Assembly: GCA_045536305.1 (NCBI GenBank)
Contig: JAZSNH010000086.1
Span: 1 to 32,000 of the forward strand
Length of the DNA: 32,000 nucleotides
Reading direction: 5' to 3'
Source of the DNA: Acutalibacteraceae bacterium
GTDB lineage: Bacteria > Bacillota > Clostridia > Oscillospirales > Acutalibacteraceae
Below the pieces are notes generated by a model. It was not told the origin of the DNA. It ran no database searches and saw only the letters and a list, made by a program, of their open reading frames with translations. The translations under genes were made by a program, and so were the position numbers. Of this stretch, positions 7,489 through 13,953 are shown piece after piece (position 1 is the first letter of the stretch; each line of letters begins with the position of its first letter).

Positions 7489-9243
7489 TTATTCCATTAT
7501 AATTGCGTCAAATCGGCAGGACTTGCGGCACTGATCGCAGCGTATGCATAGCTTGGGGTCAATGACGTGCGCTTCCTTGACGTTGCCCGTAATAGCTCTC
7601 GCCGGACAGTTCCTGGCACAGAGAGTACAACCGCGGCATTTGTCTGCATCGATAATATAGGTGCGAAGAGCAGGACATTCCTTGGTGGGACATTTTTTGT
7701 GGACGATATGAGCAACATATTCATCTCTGAAATATCGTATAGTTGTAAGGACAGGGTTGGGAGCAGTCTGACCGAGACCGCAGAGAGCGCCGTCCTTAAC
7801 AGCATTGCAAAGCTCCTCTAAAAGCTCAATGTCGCCGTCCTTGCCTTCGCCCTCAACAATACGTGTGAGTATCTCCTGCATACGCTTTGTGCCGATACGG
7901 CAGTGTGTGCATTTGCCGCAGGATTCAAGAGCGGTGAAGTCAAGGAAAAACTTAGCCATGCCGACCATACAGGTGGATTCGTCCATAACGACCATACCGC
8001 CTGAGCCCATGATAGCGCCTGTTGCGCCGAGAGCCTTGTAGTCGATTACCGTATCAAGCAGCTCGGCAGGAATACAGCCGCCCGAGGGACCTCCCATCTG
8101 AACTGCCTTAAATTCCTTATTGTCGCGAATACCGCCGCCGATACCGAAAATAACATCTCGCAAGGTCTTGCCCATAGGTATCTCGACAAGACCACCCTTG
8201 CGTATCTTGCCGGTAAGGGCAAAAACCTTTGTGCCTTTGCTGTTTTCTGTTCCCATTGCCGCAAAGGCTGCGCCGCCGTTGTTGATTATCCATGAAACGT
8301 TGGCAAAGGTCTCAACATTGTTTATATTGGATGGTGCATCCATATATCCGCGCTGAGCGGGGAAGGGGGGTTTAAGGCGCGGCATGCCGCGTTTGCCCTC
8401 GAGTGATTCTATAAGAGCAGTTTCCTCTCCGCAGACAAATGCTCCTGCACCTGCCTTTATTCTCATGTCACAAGAGAAATCGGTGCCAAGAATGTTATTG
8501 CCCAAAAGATTGGCTTCTCTTGCCTGACGTATGGCTTCTTCGAGATGAACGATTGCCAGAGGATATTCGGCGCGAACATAAACTATCATTTCACATGCTC
8601 CTATAGCGTAAGCACCTATGAGCATGCCCTCGATAAGGGTGTGCGGATCAGATTCAATAACAGCTCTGTCCATAAACGCGCCGGGATCACCTTCATCGGC
8701 GTTGCAGATGAGGTATTTGTTTTCGCCTGTGCTCTGACGAGCGGCGTTCCATTTGAACCAGGTTGGAAAACCGGCACCGCCGCGTCCGGCAAGACCTGAA
8801 AGCTTTATTTCTTCTATAACCTCCTCAGGGGTCATGGAGGTAAGAACCTTCTTTAATGCTTCGTATCCGTCTGCAGCACAGTAATCCTCAAGAGAAGTTG
8901 GGTCGATAAGGCCACAGTGGCGCAGTGCTATTCGGGTCTGCTTTGTGAGAAATTCTTCATCTTCAGAGGAAATAAAAAGCTTCTCTACATGAGAGAGATC
9001 ACCCGTGCGAGCGGTCTCGACAATAGCGTCAGCATCATCGGGAGAGACACGAACAAGTCTTTTAAGAAGATTTTTATTATCATCATAGAGATCAACAATA
9101 GGCTCTAAAAAGCACATTCCGATACAGCCTGTACTGCCGAGGGTAAAGCCTTCGTTTTCCTTCATCAGAGCTTCGATGGCAGAGTGTACCTTAGCGGCAC
9201 CCGCAGCAACACCGCAGGAGCCTTCACCGATAACAATTCTCAT
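7489..9243 (-). CDS. NuoF/HydB-like NADH-binding FMN/Fe-S subunit
   Basis: The 584-aa product has an N-terminal thioredoxin-like 2Fe-2S domain and the GRGGAGFPT FMN/NADH motif. It also has the ESCGKCTHCR N3-type cluster and a C-terminal 2x[4Fe-4S] ferredoxin (CRGCTLCARNCP, CIRCDQCRKSC). Its start overlaps the upstream stop as ATGA. Confidence 0.95.
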   Translation of the reverse strand: MRIVIGEGSCGVAAGAAKVHSAIEALMKENEGFTLGSTGCIGMCFLEPIVDLYDDNKNLLKRLVRVSPDDADAIVETARTGDLSHVEKLFISSEDEEFLTKQTRIALRHCGLIDPTSLEDYCAADGYEALKKVLTSMTPEEVIEEIKLSGLAGRGGAGFPTWFKWNAARQSTGENKYLICNADEGDPGAFMDRAVIESDPHTLIEGMLIGAYAIGACEMIVYVRAEYPLAIVHLEEAIRQAREANLLGNNILGTDFSCDMRIKAGAGAFVCGEETALIESLEGKRGMPRLKPPFPAQRGYMDAPSNINNVETFANVSWIINNGGAAFAAMGTENSKGTKVFALTGKIRKGGLVEIPMGKTLRDVIFGIGGGIRDNKEFKAVQMGGPSGGCIPAELLDTVIDYKALGATGAIMGSGGMVVMDESTCMVGMAKFFLDFTALESCGKCTHCRIGTKRMQEILTRIVEGEGKDGDIELLEELCNAVKDGALCGLGQTAPNPVLTTIRYFRDEYVAHIVHKKCPTKECPALRTYIIDADKCRGCTLCARNCPARAITGNVKEAHVIDPKLCIRCDQCRKSCRFDAIIME

Positions 9244-9737
9244 TTCCCTGCCTCCTTTGCCTTAATATCTTTGATTATAGCGATAGCACTTTCTGGGGTA
9301 AGATTGCCATAAGCTTCGCCGTTTATCATAATTACGGGGGCGAGAGAACAGCAGCCGAGACAAGCGACATTTTCAAGAGTAAAAAGTCCGTCCTTTGTGG
9401 TCTCACCGTTTTCGATTTCAAGGTATTTAGCGACAGCTTCGCCGACACGCTTACTGCCGTTTACATGACATGCAGTGCCCTGACAAGCCATAATAAGATA
9501 TTTTCCGATAGGAGTAAGACGAAACTGAGAATAGAAGGTAGCGACACCAACAACCTCAGCAGGTGAAGTGCCGATACGTTCTGCGATATGATACATCACA
9601 TCACGGGGAAGATAGCCATATATCTCCTGAGCCTTCTGCAAAATAGCAATAAGGCTTCCTGGAATATGGGCGTATTCGTCAAGCACACCCTTGAGCAGGG
9701 AAAGATCGCTCGAAGGTCCTTTGCAATTACTGCACAT
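9240..9737 (-). CDS. NuoE/HydC-like [2Fe-2S] subunit
   Basis: The Cys motifs are CQGTACHV and CLGCCSLAPV. I chose the ATG at 9737 (MCSNCKG...) because GGAGG lies 9 nt upstream. The ORF-track extension to 9803 has no SD. Confidence 0.9.
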   Translation of the reverse strand: MCSNCKGPSSDLSLLKGVLDEYAHIPGSLIAILQKAQEIYGYLPRDVMYHIAERIGTSPAEVVGVATFYSQFRLTPIGKYLIMACQGTACHVNGSKRVGEAVAKYLEIENGETTKDGLFTLENVACLGCCSLAPVIMINGEAYGNLTPESAIAIIKDIKAKEAGK

Positions 9738-9764
9738 AATAAATTTCCTCCAAAAGAGTTGATT

Positions 9765-9798
9765 TGTCAAAGCGTCGGCATTATGCACGGCTTTGACA
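9765..9798 (-). promoter_or_regulatory. Inverted repeat TGTCAAAGC-N16-GCTTTGACA in the leader/promoter of the redox operon
   Basis: The 9-bp arms are perfect (9765-9773 / 9790-9798). The element ends 27 nt upstream of the nuoE-like ATG. It could be an operator or a 5-prime-UTR hairpin. Confidence 0.35.
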
Positions 9799-9961
9799 CA
9801 CAAAACAATTTAACAGATTATTATATAATCTTATAACGTAACAAAGGAAAAATCAACGCTTTACAGCATTAAAAAATAAATTTCCATGGAAAAGTTAGAA
9901 AGAACGAAGTATGGATATGTCTTTGAGTATGTTTTATTGTAAAAAACAGATATTTTATAGC

Positions 9962-10000
9962 AAAGAAGCCTCCGTTCTATCTTTGAACGGAGGCTTCTTT
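9962..10000 (-). terminator. Intrinsic terminator of the RyR cassette
   Basis: A 16-bp perfect stem, AAAGAAGCCTCCGTTC (9962-9977) / GAACGGAGGCTTCTTT (9985-10000), starts 2 nt after the stop codon at 10002-10004. Confidence 0.75.
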
Positions 10001-10001
10001 G

Positions 10002-10289
10002 CTATTTCTTTATGTCGTAACCGAGCTTGATGATGAGCTTGAGAGTTTCAACCGAAGTGTTGCGGTCATATTCCTTCTCGCTTTCGGGAAGCTCTTCGTA
10101 TGGGATAAGACAAGGGTGATGCTTAAGCTCATCATTTCTGACCGGGCCGTAGGTCCAGCCCTGTTTGATTCTGGTCAGAGCCCATACCTCATGCGTGTTT
10201 TTTGCCATATACTCAACAAGCTCCTGAAGATCCTCCGGTAATGTAACATCGGAAGTATCGATGGGTGAAGGCTTATAATTTTCGTACAT
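10002..10289 (-). CDS. Stand-alone RyR (ryanodine-receptor repeat) domain protein, 95 aa
   Basis: It carries the RyR-domain motifs PIDTSDVTLP, HEVWA, GWTYG, PYEELPESEK and SVETLKLIIKLGYDI. It is clearly paralogous to the N-terminus of the upstream gene. The ATG at 10289 has GGAGG 8 nt upstream. The ORF-track extension to 10358 would overlap the upstream gene and has no SD. Confidence 0.8.
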   Translation of the reverse strand: MYENYKPSPIDTSDVTLPEDLQELVEYMAKNTHEVWALTRIKQGWTYGPVRNDELKHHPCLIPYEELPESEKEYDRNTSVETLKLIIKLGYDIKK

Positions 10290-10312
10290 AGTATATTCCT
10301 CCTTCGTTATTA

Positions 10313-12817
10313 TCAGAACGGTAAGCTGATCTCGCTTCCGGCAGTAAGAAGAGTCCATTCGCCGATCTCTTCGACAGCGGCACGAGCGGCATCTATAAAT
10401 ATCTTTTGCGCGGCCTTGGTCTCTGCTTCGGTGGGGAGAGCATCATCCGAGACAAGAACGCCGTCGAGGCAAGCGGTGAGCTTCTGATATTTAACTGCCA
10501 TCCATTTATATCGCAGAGCGTTATCGGAATACAGCTGGCTTTCATGGAAAATTAGCAAGCATCCGATAATGGCAGGTATAATACCGATGAAGAAAATAAA
10601 GAGTGACTCGCCTATGGTGTAATATATGCCGGTATCAAACTGATCTGTAAAAAGATCGCGCCAATTTTCGTGAGATATTCCGTTGGTATTTGCAAAAAAA
10701 ACTATAAAAGCGGCGATAGTAACAGCCAGAGTTAATACAACAGCGGATATGGTGGAGATTTTTCTGAAGATTAAAAGTCCCTTTGCCTTTTTGAAATACT
10801 CACTGCCTCTTCCTCTGTCAAAGTCCATCTGTGCTTTATCGGAGGACGGAATATAAACCTTTGCGTTGCTCTGACCGTCAAGCAGACTGTCCGCGGAGCC
10901 TATCCACATCCTGCGTATGGTATCAAGAGGTATATAAGCCTGACGGCTGCTGTCATAATAGCCTGCGGCCGCATCGACAATATTCCAGCCTCTGTATATA
11001 TACTGAGCCCACTCAAGTTCCTGCTGCTGGCGTTCGCTGAGAAATTCGCTCGCATCGATTTCGTGAATACCTGCTGCGTTGAGGTATGTCTTGACTCTGA
11101 GCATCTCGGAAAGCAGACGCATATTGAGGTGGACGCTGTGGTAATTCTTATGCTGAGTGATAAAGAAAATGACAAGTGCGGCAATTATGCCGAGAGCCGA
11201 GAGCGAGCCGCCGATAATACCGATGAGTGAGCGAGAGGAAGCAAGATCGGAAAAGATACCGTAAGATGCGAGACCTATGCCCGCAAATACAGAAACAAGA
11301 ACAGTCTGAACTTTTTTGGCATTTTGGAAAAGAGTAGCAACAGTATCAAGTCTCAGATGACGCATATTAACAGCATCGGCAGAAAGGCTTTTGCCGTGTG
11401 TGCTGTCGTTCAGGAGATCGTATTCCTGAGTGGTTCTTTTCGAGTTTTCAATTTTTATTATTGAACGATTGATATTGTCGTACATGCCGATGTTTAGGAA
11501 ATAACGATTCTTTTTGGATTGCTCCAGCGCATCGTTATAATCCTTCTTGTTTTTGGCTCGTTTAATATTTTTCCGGAGATCTGTGCGGAGTTTTTTCTTA
11601 GCCTTTGAAAATTCCTCGTCAGAATACTTTATAAGACGTCTGATATGGGCTTTTTCACCATCGGAAAGCTGTTTGTTTGCGGCCTCTGCAATAAGCTTTT
11701 TGTGAGTAATTCTGTCGTGCTGTGAGATAAGCTTTTTCTTATCATCCTTATATTTTTCCCTTAATTTCTTGATTTCCTTGCGTATGATAGGTTTGATCGA
11801 GCCTGTTGCAACAGTGGCCTCAGTTTCGCCCATAATGACATTGCACTTTTTCTTTTTATCATATACAAGCTGAACATTATTGAGTGTATACCAGTTTTTG
11901 CCTGATTCAAGTATATACGGAAGCAGCAGGCGGCTCATCCAATGAAGCTCGCTCCTGACCTCTCCGGGGAGGACAATATGATAAACAGCGTGAGAATCAT
12001 TGATAGCAGTGCGTTGAGGATCGGGCGATGCTGCATCAAATTCAAGAAGCGATCTGCGTACGGCAGAGCCTGCGCGGCTATTTTTATCTATACCCTTCCA
12101 GAGTGCAAGGAGAAGAAAAGAGTTGTTTGCGATATACTCTTCTGCGCTGCAGGGAACGGTTATATGTTTGAGGTCATAATCCATAAGTTGTGCGGCATCA
12201 TTGTTTACACAGATAATCTCAATGCCGTATTTTTCTGCGGCGTAGTAGGCGGCAGAAATTTCAGTGTTATTGGCAAGCTCCGAAATTATATAAATCGGAG
12301 TTTTTCTTTCGCTGTTAGCGGTTTTTTCACAGGTCATATCAAGCGATTCGAAGATGTGACAGGCAAAAGCGTCAATTGATTTCTGCAGAGAATTCATACA
12401 CAGCTCACTGCAGTCATCACCAGATAATCCGATTATAAAGGGCGCGTGATAAAGAGGTGCGGCTTTGTCGTTATGATATTTCTTGAAATAGCTGCGCTCT
12501 ATCTGACCCCAATATGTGTTGTCTTTCTTTTCGATTTTGTAGCCTCTGCTGATTATCAGCTTGACTGTCTCCTCTACAGAGTTGATGTCCGCCAGCTTTT
12601 CGGCAGGATTGAGGCAGTCATAGGGTTTAAGAAAAGAGTTCTTTTTGTAAGTATTGTCATCCGATTCCCCATAAGTATAGCCGGCCTTCATTCTTTTTTC
12701 GGCCCATCCTTCGTGAGCATTGCAGGCGAGGTCATCAATAAGCAGGTTCAGCTCATCGGGAACAGTGACCTGTGTCGTATCCACCGGATGAGGAACATAA
12801 ATTTTATTTTCGTCCAA
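10313..12817 (-). CDS. 834-aa multidomain membrane protein: N-terminal RyR domain, Rossmann-like domain, basic coiled coil, two 2TM hairpins
   Basis: The start is TTG (12815-12817), 7 nt after GGAGGG. RyR motifs lie at aa 10-97 (PVDTTQVTVP, HEGWA, GYTYG, PYDCLNPAEK, SVEETVKLIISRGYKI). A beta-alpha-beta pattern spans aa ~125-245 (PFIIGLSG ... PIYIISE ... IEIICV ... FLLLALWKG). A Lys/Arg-rich helix covers aa ~340-440. Hydrophobic hairpins lie at aa ~503-555 and ~685-757. Confidence 0.85.
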   Translation of the reverse strand: MDENKIYVPHPVDTTQVTVPDELNLLIDDLACNAHEGWAEKRMKAGYTYGESDDNTYKKNSFLKPYDCLNPAEKLADINSVEETVKLIISRGYKIEKKDNTYWGQIERSYFKKYHNDKAAPLYHAPFIIGLSGDDCSELCMNSLQKSIDAFACHIFESLDMTCEKTANSERKTPIYIISELANNTEISAAYYAAEKYGIEIICVNNDAAQLMDYDLKHITVPCSAEEYIANNSFLLLALWKGIDKNSRAGSAVRRSLLEFDAASPDPQRTAINDSHAVYHIVLPGEVRSELHWMSRLLLPYILESGKNWYTLNNVQLVYDKKKKCNVIMGETEATVATGSIKPIIRKEIKKLREKYKDDKKKLISQHDRITHKKLIAEAANKQLSDGEKAHIRRLIKYSDEEFSKAKKKLRTDLRKNIKRAKNKKDYNDALEQSKKNRYFLNIGMYDNINRSIIKIENSKRTTQEYDLLNDSTHGKSLSADAVNMRHLRLDTVATLFQNAKKVQTVLVSVFAGIGLASYGIFSDLASSRSLIGIIGGSLSALGIIAALVIFFITQHKNYHSVHLNMRLLSEMLRVKTYLNAAGIHEIDASEFLSERQQQELEWAQYIYRGWNIVDAAAGYYDSSRQAYIPLDTIRRMWIGSADSLLDGQSNAKVYIPSSDKAQMDFDRGRGSEYFKKAKGLLIFRKISTISAVVLTLAVTIAAFIVFFANTNGISHENWRDLFTDQFDTGIYYTIGESLFIFFIGIIPAIIGCLLIFHESQLYSDNALRYKWMAVKYQKLTACLDGVLVSDDALPTEAETKAAQKIFIDAARAAVEEIGEWTLLTAGSEISLPF

Positions 12818-12848
12818 ATTTCTTCCCTCCTAAGTATACTTTATTAAA

Positions 12849-12876
12849 ATTATATCAGAAAAAAAGGAATAATCAA
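12849..12876 (-). promoter_or_regulatory. Candidate sigma-A promoter of the RyR cassette
   Basis: The minus strand reads TTGATT-16 nt-TATAAT. The -10 element ends about 31 nt upstream of the TTG start. Confidence 0.45.
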
Positions 12877-12921
12877 GTGTGATAAATAATAATGCATCTG
12901 TGCTGAATGTGTGATGTGATG

Positions 12922-12950
12922 TTGACTAAAAAGACGGCATGAGGTAAAAT
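12922..12950 (+). promoter_or_regulatory. Candidate sigma-A promoter of the beta-helix protein gene
   Basis: The sequence is TTGACT (12922-12927), a 17-nt spacer, then TAAAAT (12945-12950), 35 nt upstream of the ATG. Confidence 0.45.
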
Positions 12951-12985
12951 AACAAAGTTATTGAACGCAAAAGGAATGTAGTAAA

Positions 12986-13840
12986 ATGAAATTTGAAAAT
13001 CTCTTTCTTGACGAGGAACGGGCACTTTATGCGGTGAAAAATGCTGAGGTCGTAAACTGCCGCTTTGACGGACCTGCCGACGGTGAATCGGCACTTAAGG
13101 AATGTGCTGATATATCATTGAGGGATTGCTGTTTTAACCTGCGTTATCCGTTGTGGCATGTGACAAGAGCAACTGTTGATTTATGCGAAATGACAGAAAA
13201 TTGCCGTGCCGCATTATGGTATGATAAAGAGATATATATTAAAAACTGTGTTTTGAACGGTATAAAGGCAGTTCGCGAGTGTGAAGGTGTTGTGCTTGAT
13301 AGGTGCAGCATAGCTTCGCCTGAGTTTGGGTGGTTCAGCAGCGATGTTAAACTGACCGACTGCACCGTTGAGGGAGAATACCCGTTTTTAAAAGCAAACG
13401 ATCTGGAGCTTAAAAGAGTGAAACTCAAGGGCAAATATTCCTTTCAATACGTAGAAAATATGGTTATAAGGGAGTCGGTGCTCGATACAAAGGATGCATT
13501 CTGGCACAGCAGGAATGTTACAGTGTATGACAGTGTGATTAAAGGTGAATACCTTGCATGGTACTCCGAAAATCTTCGCCTTGTCAGGTGTAAGATAATA
13601 GGAACTCAGCCGCTTTGCTATGCAAAAGGTCTTGTTCTCGAGGACTGTGAAATGGAAGATACCGACCTTTCCTTTGAGCGCAGCGAGGTAGATGCTGTAG
13701 TCAGGGGAGATATTTTAAGTGTGAAAAACCCAATAAGGGGATACATAAAGGCAGACTCGATAGGTGAAGTGATAATGGACGATACACTGCCAAAACCGTC
13801 TGTCTGCAGGATCGAAATCTCAGACCGCATTGTTGTATGA
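12986..13840 (+). CDS. DUF3737-like parallel beta-helix repeat protein
   Basis: The 284-aa cytoplasmic product has repeated segments such as V.NC.F, L.DC.F, I.NCVL, LDRCSI, LTDCTV, IRESVL and LVRCKI, typical of right-handed beta-helix coils. The N-terminus (EERALY...DGESALKE) resembles DUF3737. Confidence 0.65.
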   Translation: MKFENLFLDEERALYAVKNAEVVNCRFDGPADGESALKECADISLRDCCFNLRYPLWHVTRATVDLCEMTENCRAALWYDKEIYIKNCVLNGIKAVRECEGVVLDRCSIASPEFGWFSSDVKLTDCTVEGEYPFLKANDLELKRVKLKGKYSFQYVENMVIRESVLDTKDAFWHSRNVTVYDSVIKGEYLAWYSENLRLVRCKIIGTQPLCYAKGLVLEDCEMEDTDLSFERSEVDAVVRGDILSVKNPIRGYIKADSIGEVIMDDTLPKPSVCRIEISDRIVV

Positions 13841-13884
13841 GACTTTGATGAATCAAACCGATACAGCAGATAAATTTAAATACA

Positions 13885-13930
13885 TAGCAAAACAACCTGT
13901 GGGAATGATTTCCCACAGGTTGTTTTGCTA
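13885..13930. terminator. Bidirectional terminator with a 20-bp perfect stem
   Basis: TAGCAAAACAACCTGTGGGA (13885-13904) pairs with TCCCACAGGTTGTTTTGCTA (13911-13930) across a 6-nt loop. It sits between convergent genes. Confidence 0.75.
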
Positions 13931-13953
13931 TGTAAAGAACATTATTCTTCTGC

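Noticed and set aside
5443-9737. Annotation of this operon as an electron-bifurcating [FeFe]-hydrogenase (HydABC).
   Set aside because: The large subunit has no H-cluster domain. It carries a GltD/NfnB-type FAD/NAD(P)H module instead. Only the HydB/HydC-like subunits are shared with HydABC.
9738-9803. N-terminal extension of the NuoE-like ORF. Similar extensions occur at 10290-10358, 17110-17196, 22120-22209, 22898-23038, 24168-24281 and 28474-28491.
   Set aside because: In each case an internal ATG is preceded by a GGAGG-type SD at correct spacing and matches the conserved family N-terminus. The upstream extensions lack an SD and run through promoter or intergenic sequence or the preceding gene.
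9886-9942. An 18-codon plus-strand mini-ORF (MEKLERTKYGYVFEYVLL) followed by the 9962-10000 hairpin.
   Set aside because: It has no Shine-Dalgarno sequence and no promoter, and it lies in an AT-rich spacer. It is most likely a chance ORF.
9738-9960. A Rex operator upstream of the redox operon.
   Set aside because: I scanned both strands for TTGTTAA-N4-TTAACAA-like palindromes. Only half-site-like fragments turned up (TTGTTACG, TGTTAAATTG), with no matching partner half.
11942-12847. Plus-strand ORFs of 145 aa and 133 aa within the RyR cassette.
   Set aside because: They are antisense to the 834-aa gene, which has coherent domains along its whole length. They have no SD and no motifs.
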